Assembly (NCBI GenBank): GCA_024137785.1
Contig: JAHRHZ010000133.1
Span: 67,070,245-67,134,244 of the forward strand
Direction of reading: 5' to 3'
Length of the DNA: 64,000 bases
DNA from: Ginglymostoma cirratum
Lineage: Eukaryota
Below the pieces are notes generated by a model. That model did not search any database and was not told where the DNA came from. It saw only the letters and a program-made list of their open reading frames with translations. Shown in pieces: positions 12,209 to 25,335 of the stretch (the first letter of the stretch is position 1; every line of letters starts with the position of its first letter). A program made the position numbers and the translations under genes.

Positions 12209-13022
12209 AGCAGTTTCAAGTTAACCACTTAGGTGCGAGCCCAGAGGCCAGACTGATTACAGGGAACAGGTTTCCTTCCCTAAAGACATGTGCAAACCAA
12301 TTTTAATTTTAGCGCTATCGGATAGCCTTATGGTCATTACGGCTTTTCAAAACTGAACCTAACTTCTCAAAGTACCACAATAGGATCTGAATGCACGTTC
12401 TCTGCATTATTAAAACATGTCTCCGCTTTACTAGTCCTATCCAATAAAATAACCATCATACACCAAGTAACATGACACAAGAATTTTCAAACAACTGATA
12501 ACTGAGGCAGGTGTCTGGGAGTTTTCAGACTGTTGACAAGAACGATTAACACATCGCTTGGTTTCAATTTACCAATATGCCTCACTTGGGCCAATTTACT
12601 CCACAGATTTTAAAACTTTGAAGAGTTACAACATTATCCAAGTTGCCTACCAGATACAATCATGACGTTGAAACAGGGAAGAGGCTTTTGATTCAGTATG
12701 CCTTTGTGATTGCTACTGTGTGTGCGCGCGCACGCATGCATGGGTTTGCCCATTCGTGTGCTGGGAAAAGCAATTCAGCAACATGTTCAGAATTGGCCAC
12801 TTATGTTTTCAGTGCCCAGTGCAGCTGTTTCCTCGGATGCACAAATTAAAATACAGCCAGTGTGAAGGCCTTGCATATGACTTCAAACCAACCGTAAAGC
12901 CTGAATCATGCACATTAAACAGGAGAAGCCTAATGATGCATTCTGAAGTGCAATGGTACAAATAATGGATGTAAAACCCTACTGGATTCACAGGGGATCA
13001 GGCCAGATGAGGAAAGGGTTAA

Positions 13023-13155
13023 CAAAAGAAAAGCATAAGTATTGCAGATGCTGAAAATCTGAAACGAATGCAGAAAATACTGAGATACGCTATCTGGCAG
13101 CAGTTGTGGAAAGAGAAACAGAGTTAACATTGAGTCCAATATGGCTCTTCTTCAG
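13023..13155 (-). mobile_element. Old short Penelope-like copy with degenerate hammerhead; 9-bp TSD
   Basis: Minus strand CTGAAGA agagccatattggactc aatgttaac...cagcatctgca. TSD aagggttaa at 13014-13022 and 13156-13164. Confidence 0.7.
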
Positions 13156-14979
13156 AAGGGTTAATATGTTAGGGGTGAGCGTGGAGGGGAATTGGCAACC
13201 TATACTTCCAAAATCTGTTGGAATAACGCAATACATCCAAAGAGATCTTTTTCAATCTGACTTATGCCTTCTGGCTCTATCGGATGAGAAGCTTGAGCTA
13301 ATTGGTTGACAACACAGGGAACACAGCAGGAGCCCTGTGGTTGTTTATCCCCCATATGATCATAGGGAAAAACACGAACGAACGGCCTTTCCTTCCTTTG
13401 CCCATTGCCTACGTGACTCTTCAATTGATCTTGGGAATCCAGTTGACTTGCTACCTTGTATCCTCCTGCTAACCAACTCCAAACAGGAAGTGGATTGGTG
13501 GAATCTAAACAGACCCACATGATTAAAATCAACCAAGGTCTCCCTCCCTCTGTCCAGAGAACAGATGGTACATTAATTGGTGGGAGTGGTTTCTTACTTG
13601 CCCCGATTTTGGAATAGCCATAGCCAGGGTCAAAGGCAGGCCGAGAACTCTGACCAAACGTTTTTGCTTCTTCCAGCCTAAAAGTAGCATCTGCACTGTC
13701 AGGTGGCCATGGGAAACAGGCATCAATGTGATGACTCCATGGGAGAATAGCTGGCAGACACCTGCTACCTGAGGGATGTAATGCACCCCAGTACGAGGAG
13801 AGATGAATAGAGACAAAGTATAATCTTCACATCACTTTTCAAGCAGGAGTTTGGTGAAGTGTATAAAATATATCTTGCCTCGCAGGGCAAGGTTTAAAGG
13901 ATATTTGTCAACAGACAGTACTTTCTGCTTGCATTCCAGAAAAGCCTCCTTTCATTCCATTTAAAACAACTGGCAAAGTTCAATGTCATTCCTTGACGAG
14001 TAACATTTTCCTAATCTCCATCTCTAAATTAAACACAACAACAAAAACAAAATGAGGGGAAACAAGCATCTTGGTTAAAATCCTGGATAGAGAGGAAAGA
14101 TAGCCATGAGGTTGGGGGGGGGGGGTCGGGGGATTAGTCTTCTCCCTCAATAACAGGCCAAAAGCTAGCCATGTAAACCCATCCTCTCAAGTCGGAAAGA
14201 CACTCGCAGACTTGTCACACAGTACAAAAGTCATCAGTAACTAAATGTTCTTAGCTGCACCGCAATTAAGCAAAATCAATATGATGTGCCAGAAATGGTA
14301 TTTTACTTTCAATAAGGTTTTCGGCTGAGTTTATTCAGAATATTTTAGCCGCCCCCAGGGGGATTTTGCTCAGTCACAGATGGCAAATAAAGTCCTCAGC
14401 CTCAGGCTACATAGTATTATGTTAATTCCAATGTCAGATGTACTTTTATATACAGCTCTATTTAATCACCCCATTATTCTGCATTTCCATATGAAAAAAA
14501 CCCCACAGCAGCTCCTGCTCAGTCCTCACCACAATGGCTGCCTTACCCTTCAGCTTAGAGAACTGAATTCACACTGGTCACTAATATCTCTCCTCAGAAA
14601 GGACAAAAAAAAGACATAATAATAATCAAAAATGCAGCTGCTGTGTTTGCAAAAACCTGTACAAGTTACAGAGGTTGATTTAAATAGCCGGAAGCTGGAA
14701 AATGTTAACCAATTAGCTCAAGCTGCCAGCCACGACATGGATTTGCAGTTCAAATCTGCAGCAGACAGAAGATATTGCAGAAATGGCCCATCAGAATGGT
14801 TCAGCTCTTAAAATCTGGCATCTGCCAACCTTGTGCCACTCTTTCAAAACTGTCTGAAAGTGTTCTATGGAACCTGGTGCCTAAATCATGCTCAAACTGT
14901 ACAGAGAGATGAAGAGTTACTTTCACAATAAATGCCTGGTGCATTACAGCGATGCAGATTGATTGATGAATGATCCCTA

Positions 14980-15320
14980 ACCTGAGGTAGCTGATCTAGT
15001 CAAGCAGCAGAGGAGACATTTAACTGAAATACTGTCTGCCATCTCAAATGAGTATAAGAATTCCTCTGGCACTACTTCTAAGAGAAGGACGGTATTTCTC
15101 CTGAAATCCTGGGCTAACAATTACTTTTCAATAAACATGGCCAAAATGAAAAGTATTCAAGCACAGAACTCTGCTTTTTGTGGGAGTCTGCTGTGTGTAA
15201 ATTGGCTGTCACATTTCCCACTTTACAACAGTCACAGCACAGTTTCTGAAACTTTCTTCCCTCGCTTTTTGTGGGATGGGCTGAGATTGTGAAAGGTGCT
15301 ACACAAGTGTTAGTTCTGGC
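14980..15320 (+). mobile_element. SacSINE1-like DeuSINE
   Basis: ctgctttttgtgggagtctgctgtgtgtaaattggctgtcacatttcccactttacaacagtcac...tgtgaaaggtgctacacaagtg. Confidence 0.7.
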
Positions 15321-18159
15321 CTTTTGTCAAGTAAATACCCATGAGAAAAGAAAGTTTGAAAATGGGCCATGGTTGTATCTCCTGGTCACAGCTGAGACAA
15401 ACAGTCATGTTTAAAAAGGCCAGCTGCAATTATTTGGTAAGGACATGGTCACCCTTAATAATCAACCCTCACTCTCTAATCTAATCACACTGGAGGGGAC
15501 TGCGAATGTGGTGGTGGGGGAGAGAGGTACATGGGGTGATTAGTGAGGAGAAGGCTAATTACAGCATTTTAAAAACTATTGTAGAGTCAATTAGTGTCTA
15601 GGTCCTTGCAATTAACTTTGGACACGGAGAGAACGTTTTTAGTACCCAATTCAAAAAGGATATTCAGACTCCACTGACTAGTGGAACTGAATTAGAATCT
15701 CCAATTTACTTATTAAAACAATGCCACCCCCAATATCCAAACCCAAATGGTTACTACTGTCAACATGTCGCAATGGCCCAAATAAAGTTTTTATTAACAT
15801 ATTTACAAGAGAATCATTACATACTAACAGATGTGAAGCTGCTATGCAAGATTGACACATACGTCCTACATGTGCGACAGCTACCACTTCCAGTTTGGCA
15901 CAATCAAAAGTCAGCCAATCAGAAAGCACAACCATGTTAAGTATACACAGACGCAAGGATAAGGAAGGGACTTTCTGCATATCTCGATCATCCCTACACT
16001 GCTTAGGTTGATTAAATCTAGCATGCAACCACATTTTTAACAACTCTGATGACCATAGATGCTGCTACCGTACATCCAAACATTTCAACTTCTAAAAAAT
16101 CCTGATACCTATTTTTAAAACTTACTTGCTTGCCGATTTTAATTGGCTTGTTCTGACTTGACTTGAAGCAAGCCAAAAGACTCACCTTATCTGTTCAAGT
16201 CTGTACTTGATAATCATGTAGTTGTTTTTTTTTGGGGGGGGGTACAAAGTGGAGTTCACTGACTCCTCACTCCAAGTGGGGACCTCAGCAAAAAGTCTGG
16301 ATCGGAGAATCAGAGCCAGAAAATGTTAGCCTGCTTTCAATTTGTACACTCCATTTCAAGTACTACTTTCTGTTAAGGGGCCAGCATCATAGAGTAAACT
16401 CCTTGACATGTTCCACCTGTGCTTTAGCACTCCAACGGCACTGTACATCTTTGACTTTGTCTCCTACCTCAAACTTTGCCTACCACTGTCCTTTACTGAT
16501 AACATTTCTGAAGGCCATGATGGAGTGGTGTGGGATGGAGGAAGACATGCGTAGATGAGTCGAGGTGCGTTGCCTAAACATTTTGTCAAATCCAAAGCCA
16601 TCTCTCAATCAGGCTGCTCATCTAAGTGATGTGCAAACTGAGTAACTATTAATTCTAAACTACACAGCTTAGGTCTGAAGTTAATCCGTTAAGTCCAATT
16701 AACTCTGTGATACTGCTCAATGTTCCAATCCCTTTTGATAAAAACAAACTTAACATCACAGTTCTGATTATGATCCTGTCAAGCATTTTAATATGTCCTA
16801 CTACATCAATGGCAGAAGACAAACGCAAGTTGTTACTGTTAATCCCAGTCTGGTGTGTAAATTGCACTACTCGCTGAAGTCCATTCTCATCAAAATCTCT
16901 GGCAAACTGCAATTCTGCCTCTTTTTACACCTCATTTCTCCTGTTTGTAGATGACACAAGTAAAGCTGCTCCCAGGAGCTCCAGTAAAGAAAGCCTGCGA
17001 CAGGGGCTGTTCCAAAGGTAAACACTAAAGGGTTGTCTCAAAACCACACTGGCCGATCATTTCACTCCAGATCAGTTCTTCCCACTTTTATTTGTCTTTT
17101 GCCTTTGTTGTACAATTGCATTAAAGCTACTATTTAGCCGACACGAACAAAATCAACTGTATCATTAAACCAGAGGATCACCAAATGGTGCTAAAACGTC
17201 TTGAGACTTTCTGCTTGTAATTCTGGAAAGATGAAAAATGCCCGAGAGTCTGCTTTGATAAATACTGTGAAAAAGGTCACGTCCAGCTTATCTGGACAAC
17301 CTTGGTTATTCATTTGTCTTGCCACTCCGAAATGTCACAGTCCTGTGCTCTAGGTTTTCACCTCCGCCTTCTAACCAACATTCGGTTGTATGGTCACTTT
17401 ACTGACCTAGGTATTTCTCCAGACCCACCACTGGACTGTGTCAGTGGGAAACAAATGGTTCTAAATGAAAGCTTTTAAAAAAAATCTGAGACTCAGCATC
17501 TTCTTATAACAAAAGAGCACTGACTTCTTTTTTGTTCTGCCCCCTTCCTCCAAGCAATAAAGCGGAGACTTAATCTATAGATTGAGAGGGAAAGAGATAG
17601 AGGAAAGTTCAATCAAGAAGCCTTTCAAGCCCACAGCAACGTGGCCACGAAAAACCTTCCAGAAAACCGGTTCCAGGTATGTTTTATTAAAAAAAAACTT
17701 CACCAATTAGTATCTTCCCACCTCTTGGTCATTGTTACAAGTGACCCAAGTATGGGGTTCATGGAGGAGAGAAAAGGAAAAGTAAAAATTTACAAAAATC
17801 AGGAAACTTTCAAAAGACAAAGCTTAATTTGGTCAACAGGTTGGTGATGTAGCAAAGTGGATTCTCCATCCAAAGCCTACAGAGTCACAACAGGATGAGC
17901 AAGTGAGAGCTACAATGGGTGAGTGGTTCACATGTCCAAGTTAATGAGGGAGTGTGTTGAAAATGGTAACTTGTTAATGGAAGGGCATTTAATTTAAGAA
18001 GCTGACATCTCATGGGAGCAGCCTGACTGAACTATTGCCCAAAACAGCAGAGTGAACCTACTGAAACGACAGCAAACTGACCACTGCCATGTGTGTACAG
18101 GATGCCAATCCATGTGGAACGACACAGAGAAGGGACATTGTGGCACAAAATACACATGC

Positions 18160-20050
18160 TGTACAAGGAAACAGAACTATTGGAAACTGTAGCATGGTAA
18201 GAGGTATTCAACCCACCCTCCCTGTGATGCCTGCATAAATTAGCTGCCTAATCTAATCCCATTTATCATCTAGTCAGTAGCCTTGCAAGTTACAGCTCTT
18301 CAGGTATTTGAGTTGAGTTCTGATCGAGTTGCCTCAACCTCCAAACTGGGCAGTAAATTCTCTGCATGAGAAACCCTTTTCCTCATGTGCCCTATAATTC
18401 TTCCACCAATCACTTTAAATCTGTGTCCCCTGGAAACTGAACTCTCCATTTGGGCAAACTGGTCCCATAACCCTCATTATTTTGCTCATCTCAAATGAGT
18501 CATCTCTACACCTCCTCTGTACTACGGAGACAACTCTAGCCTATCCAGTCTTTCCTCATAGTTGTAATTTTTAAGCCTTGGCAACATTCTTGCAAATGAA
18601 TTATGTCCTTCCTGTGATAGGATCATAATTGTACACAAAACTCTAACTCTGTCTTAACACACTTCCAGCAGTGCATCCCAGCTATTACATTCAATACCTC
18701 GTCCAATGAAGTAACAACCTTATCTACCTGTCTTACCAGTTTCAGGGACCCGTGCATTTGTGCTCTAATATCTCTCACTTTCTCTCTCTCTCACTACTCT
18801 CATTTTTGTGCATTCCCCTGCTTTGTTCACCTTCTCCAAACACCTTAGCTCACAGTCCTCCATAATGAATTCTATTTGCCATTTTTGACCCTCTCAACCA
18901 AATCATTCATATCATCCTGCAGTCGATAGCCATTCTTTTCCCCATCTATTACCCAGACTGGGTCATCTGTAAATTTCCCAATTATGTCTCCCACATTTAA
19001 GTCCAAATCATTAATATATACCACAACCAACAAGGGAATCAAAGCTAAGCCTCGTCGATCATCATTAGAAATTAGGTCCATTTGCAAAAACATCCATCAA
19101 CCATTACCCAGTGTTCTCTCACTGAACCAATTCTGGATTCAACTGGCCACATTCTCCTCTATCTCACAGGCTTTGATTTGTCTGACCAGTATACCACATA
19201 GGATGTTGCTAAATGCCTTCCAAAAATCCAAGTAGACAACATCCCATTGCACTAGGCTAATCAATCCTCATTGTTACTTCTTCAAAAATTCAATTAAGCT
19301 AGCAAGACATAAACTTCTCGTAACAAAACTGTACTGACTATCCCTGATTAATCTGAGCCTATCCAAGCAATAGTTAATCATACCTCTCAGTCTGTAATAA
19401 ATTGTAATAAATTGCCCACATCTGATGGCAGACTGACTAACCTATATTATTTGGCCCTGCATCCTTTTAGAGCAATGATAGAATCTTTACAAGCCTCCAG
19501 ACCTGTTACTTCACCTGTATTAAGTAAGGATTCGAACATGATCCTCTGGGCATCCACTACTTCCTCCCTGGTTTACTTTATCAGCTTAGGAAACCATTCT
19601 TCCAGCCCTGCTGATTTACCCACCTCCAGAGGTCAGTCCCTCCAGTACTTCCCTTCTCATTATGTTCATTATATATATTTCATACTCCTCCTCTTTAACT
19701 AGAATCATCCCTCTCCATTGTGAAGATAGAGTCAAAGCACTCATTAAGAATCCTGCCCACATCTTCTGCATCCACGTACGAGTTACCAAGTATCGCTGAC
19801 AGCCCTGCCCTTTCCTTGTCATCCTCTTGGTCTTAATATACTGATAAAACATCTTTGGATTTACATCGATCTTACCAGTCAATATTTTACATTATCTACA
19901 TTTTCTGAAGTTTCTTTCTTGCTTCATCACTGTACTTCCTTTAACTCTGTTAAGCTTCCAGAAGTATTACTTTTTTGAGACTGTCTCAAAGCTTTATTCT
20001 TCTGCTTTATCTTACCCTGCATGCATCTGGATAACCGAGAGACCTAGACT
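18160..20050 (-). mobile_element. Long decayed CR1 LINE (ORF2/RT remnant)
   Basis: Minus-strand peptides VYINDLDLNVGDIIGKFTDD (degenerate FADD) and PKMFYQYIKTKRMTR, plus a CR1-type 3' region. Confidence 0.85.
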
Positions 20051-23000
20051 TGTCGGAGATCTAGGCGATAGTGTCACTGTGTGGTAGTGTCCCTTGCTGG
20101 GGAGACAAGTCCAGGTCTCACTGCTACTGGCTGTTAGGTATGGTTGCACCAGTGGGCACATGCTCCTTAAGACTCAGGGGAGAAAAGAAGATTATTTGTC
20201 TGCTCACTCTCTGCTTCAGCTACCTGCCACCATTTGGGAAACTTAGGCGACAGTGGTGTGTGATCACAGATAGGCATAAAAAGCAGCTTTTGGCACAAAG
20301 CTTATTCATTGTTCCCTATTACTCCCTACAATACAAATTTGATACAACACATTGAAACAGAAATAGAAAACTCAATCACACTTTATTTGAATAAGGCAGA
20401 ACTAGAATTTAAAGTGGGTAACTGTGGTGGAGAAGATAGAATTTTAAAATCCCCTAGTGCGATATATTAATCCAAAAATATACCGCTATTCCAATGGAGA
20501 ATGAGGGGTGTTAGAAAGATTTTGATTTGTTTTGATCAGCTTGCCCTTTGAAGCAGAAGAGACAGTCACTGAAGCTCAGTCTGCACACGATTGCACCATG
20601 CACCAAACAGCACAATGATGCTGAAAGTTGCAGCCCACAAGCTGAGCTGAACTGGAGAAATGGATTAAATAACAAACCATGTGGCTAAATTCATCCACCA
20701 ACAGCGAAGAGCAACCCGCAGACACCACCCTGTTTCTTTTTGGAATTGGAAGAAATTAGTATAAAACTGAAAAAAAAAACAGAAGAGTAAAAACTGCAAC
20801 CTGGCAGCAGCTAGAGCCCTTCACATATACCGGAAGACAAGACTCACCTACTCAAAGTCTTTTAATATCTTAAGCCTACCCTGGTTTTTAAAATTCGCAG
20901 CCAGCAGCAAAGTCAACGGCTTTAACCCTTTGCCGCAAAATGTCTACTCGTGGCCACTTACCTTTTTGTGTGAGAACAATGAGTCAGGGCTGGGTGGGTG
21001 TGGTGGGTGAAGTAGTAGTAGAGGAAGGGCAAATGAGAAAATTTGCAATGGAAATGATTCTCGTCTAAGCTTACAGTTTTAGGCCACACTAAGTAGTCCA
21101 CCTGACATTTGTGCAATTGGGTTACCAATACTCTGCAGCCAGTACAAGCCGTCCAAATTTTCCATGCTTTACATTCCCCAAGGTTAACATCAACAGAGTG
21201 GTTGCAAATTACCTTGCCAACACCCACTTCCTGCGCAACCCAGACTCAAAATAATTTACCTGATCTGTACAGCCTCAGGAGACACAGATTGTAAGATCAA
21301 ACTGGACAGAACAGCAAGTGTAACTACCCTACACAGCAAGTGAAAACCAAGTGAAGGTCTACAGTGTAAGACATTTCAAAATAGAGGGGCGTAGAGGGGG
21401 AAACAGTGGTGAGGAAAACAATGCAATTTGGGGAAAGATCCAAGTGGACACAGATTGATACTAAACTCACAAAATTCTGCTGAGTCAGAAATGCAGGACA
21501 ATAAGAGGTTAAAAGGATTGCTGTGCTTTCTATGCACAGTGAAGGTGTGAGCCTTCTAGCTTTTAATTTGCTCTTCCTATTTGTAACTGCCAGTGAATAT
21601 AAAGTTTTGAAAATACCTGACATTTTAAACAACAGTGGGAATATTTTGTCAACAGAACACACTATTTAAAAAAAATCATTATAAGCAGTTCCGGAATACT
21701 GTATTGAGGCAAAACATGCAGCAGAAAACAGGAGGCTGGAATGGTTTCTAAAGTGATGTGGAGATGAAGGGGGAAGGGGCCTACCCAGGATAACCTAACA
21801 ACGGGGTAATCCACCTGTTTTGCACAAGACCACCCAAGACAGTAGGTTCTATCTGTGGGTGCAAGCTCCTGTTTCACACCAGGACCATCGATGCAGTTTT
21901 AAAGCTGTTTGTTTTGCTCCACCCCAAGTTTGAGACAGCCTTCCCCACAAAAAAGGGAAGATAGCTGGAAAGTTGCGCAAAATGCTCTCAGACTTAGAAG
22001 GAAGCTTACATTGCATGGAAAAACACAGCCATGCTGAAAACTGAAAGACAGAAAAGCAGATCATCAGAGCCGTTTTGAAAGAGGTCCACTGTCCCTAACG
22101 CATGTGAATCCTCCAGCAGAGTCAGCCAGTGACAGACAGCAGGGATCCTGGAAAACTTTACTGCCTTTTTGCTTATCCTAGGGGCACCAAGTCCAATTCA
22201 TGGAAAGTGGGGCAGTGATTATAGGCTTACTGCTCTCAGGAGTGAGCCAAGGTCCAAGTTTAACAATTTGCATGAAAGATGATAATACACTGGATACTGG
22301 GACCCAACAAATTTAATATAAAAAAAGCCTGCATCCTGTCCTCAGACAATTATCACAGTTTGTCCAAATCTTGACTAAAAAGGGACTTTGGAAATTCACG
22401 TTTCATTTAAAAGTCTAAGGGTATCGTCCACGTAAACTCTGCAGAAAAACAAGGTGCCTCTCAGCTTAGCTGCTTAAGCTGTTCTACAATACTGATATCA
22501 GGCAAATAAGAGAGACACCTCCTGGACACCTCTTTAGAATGTTAAGGGTTAACAAGGAAGTGCAGAAATGTGCATGGTAAAACAACATTGAGAGAAAGCG
22601 CGTGAAAGGGAGCGATATAGTGACAGGAAGAGAAAGAAACAGACATCACCAGAGAAAGAGTGAGAAATCACGGGAGCACAGAGACAGACAGGTTAATGGA
22701 GCAGCATTATGAGAGAAAGTGAGAGAGAAATAATGAGAAAGCAAAAAAAAAAGAAAAAAAATCGCCCAAGCCTGTGCCAGAGAAAGCCCTTCTTTTAAGA
22801 GTTAGTCAGTCCGCATGGACTGTGACTCGAAGGAATGCTGTGCTTGCTTTGGACACTGTTCACACACTGTGCTGGCAAAGGGCTGCTTGGAAAGAGCACA
22901 GTAAAATGCCGTCAGAGACATTCACACTCACATCCTAACAGTTCCTACCATCCGTTTTCTAACATCACACGTGCCAAGGGAAGCAAGATCAACAACACAA

Positions 23001-23559
23001 AAACCTTGTCAGCGCAGGCTTGCCAAGTGTTTATTTATTTTTATATTATAATGAAGTAACACGTGTTCACATACTGCATTTCTGATGTAGCCTCCCTGAC
23101 TTATAGAAAGTGTTTATTTAGGCACAGCTCTTTATATACACAAATGATGACTTTGGACATTTTCCTAAAGTATAACAGCTACTGCTGGCTTCCTCAAAAT
23201 TGCAGTCAACGTTACTGCTTATTGAGCCTTTTTAAGATAAAGGCCATGTCAAGTTAGAATGACACTCACTTGAATGACTACTGGGCTCATTGTCTTCAGC
23301 CATGTCTGGTTTCTTCTTTGATAACTAGGTTTTAAAAATAGATTTTCCCATTCTTTACTGCCCTCCACTGCATCCCCCCCCCACCCCCGAACGCATTAAC
23401 ATGCTCCCACTGATGCCAGCAGCTGCTCTAGTGCCTCATCATCATGCTCTCGTTTGTGTGGGTGAAGCTGGACCAACGGCAGACAGACTAAAACAGTGCC
23501 TGTGCTGTCCACTGTGAAGCAATATAAATTAAGAGATACATCGTCATTTCTCGTCTCAG

Positions 23560-23850
23560 TCTAAGGATACAAGGAAGACCATTTAGGGCTGAGTTGAGGA
23601 GAAATTTGTTCAACAGTGAGTGATGAGCCTATGAAATTCTCTGCCACTGAAAGCAGTTGAGGCCAAAATTTGAATATTTTCAAGGCGGCGATAGACACAG
23701 TTCTTAAGGCTAAAGTGATCACCAGGTATGGGGAGAAAGCAGGAGCAGAGTACTGAGTTGGATGATCAACCGCGATCATAGTGAATTGCAGAGCAGGTTC
23801 AAAGGGCTGAATGGCCTACCCTTGTTCCTATTTTCTATGTTTCTATGTCT
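23560..23850 (+). mobile_element. CR1 LINE 3' fragment
   Basis: atttagggctgagttgaggagaaattt...aagggctgaatggcctacccttgttcctattttctatgtttctatg. Confidence 0.85.
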
Positions 23851-24609
23851 CATTAACAATTACAATAAATAATTACATTTGTGTTTCCCTTTGGTAGGAT
23901 TTTTTCTGGTGAAGGTGAGGTAACAGAACATTTTAAAACAAAAAGAAAAACTTCTTCTTAACAAACACATGACAAGCTGACTTTGCTCTAAAAGTGAAAG
24001 AAGCTCATAAGACATCTTTAAGCAGCAGATCTCAGGCTTACTTTCACTTTTAGCATTTAAAAGCAAGGATTTTGTTTTGCTGTTGTTGCCTCAGATGGAA
24101 TGAATCCAATAAATTCTTGGCGATGTTAATAAATTTGTACTCTACAACACGACTCATGGGAATAGGTGCAAGGCCTTTGCAAATTTACAATTTAAAAGTG
24201 GCTCTTGAAAACTGTTCATTACTCCCTGACAGATGCTATAGAAACCATTAACAATTCCGCTTGTTTTGGGAGAAGGACAGCGTGCACAGTTTTTGTGTAT
24301 CAATCAGGAAACTTTGCAAATGACCTACTTAAACAAAAACCAAGCTGGAAAATGAAGAGGAGTTGTAGGATTGCAGAACTTCCAGGTACAGTTTCCAAAA
24401 CTTTCACTGTGATAGGAATCCCTCTCTAAACTCTCCACACAAACTCTTCTCCATTCAAACAGCCTGCCATCTCAGGGCACACAACACAAGCCACTTGGAG
24501 GGTGAAAACCAGCAACGTGTTCTGAAGCTCTAAACCAGCAAGCACAAAATCATTTCAGCAACTAGTTGCCTTCTGGATTGCAGGATGAAGTATCCAACTA
24601 TTTTATGTC

Positions 24610-25335
24610 ACATGCTTTCAATGCAGAGGATAATGCTTAGAGGAGATTTGACTGAAGTTTTCAAAATCAGGAGAGGTCTAAAACACTGGGAAAAACTGTT
24701 CCCACTCACAAAAGGATCAGGAATGAGAAGGAACCATTTAAAGTGATTGCAAAAGAAATAAATGTGACATGAAAAAAACCTTTTCACATGGTGAGTGGTT
24801 CAGGTGCACTGTCCGGAACTGTGGTGGAAGCAGATTCAATTGAGGCATTCAACGGGGCAGTGGCCAATTAGTTATAAAGGAATAATGTCCACAGTAATGG
24901 GGAAAGAGAAGGGAAGTGGCATTAAGTCATGATATTCATTCAGAGAGCCAGTGCAGACATGAGGGGCTGAATGGCCATCATGACTATAAGGCAAAGGTGC
25001 AGAACTAGGCCATTCAGGCATAATGTCCACTCCGCTATTTACCAAGATCGTGGCTGATCTGATAATCCTCAACTCCACTTTGCTGCCTCATTTTCATAAG
25101 CCTTAATTCCCTTAGCGATTAAAATTCTGTCTAGCTCAGCCTTGAATATTTTTAACGACCTACCTCTGTGGTAAAAAAAGTCTACAGATTCACCATCCTC
25201 AGAGAGAAAAATTCCTCATCTCTGACTTTAGTTTTTTATAATGCCCTCTGGAGTGAGACAATTCCACAAAAGGAAACAGCCTCTCCACACCTACTCTGTC
25301 AAGCCTCCACGTATTTTATATATTTCATTAAAATC
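24610..25335. mobile_element. Tail-to-tail CR1 3' fragments (+ 24610-24980; - 24985-25335)
   Basis: agaggagatttgactgaagttttcaaaatc...gggctgaatggcc, then reversed ggccattcagg...atcgtggctgatctg. Confidence 0.75.

Larger units (their letters stand above)
11470..12440 (-). mobile_element. Shark tRNA-derived SINE split by the Penelope-like insertion
   Basis: Pieces at 11470-11593 and 12209-12440 match the family seen at 32585-32885 and 38225-38595 (tttccttccctaaagaca...ctttactagtcc). Confidence 0.55.
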
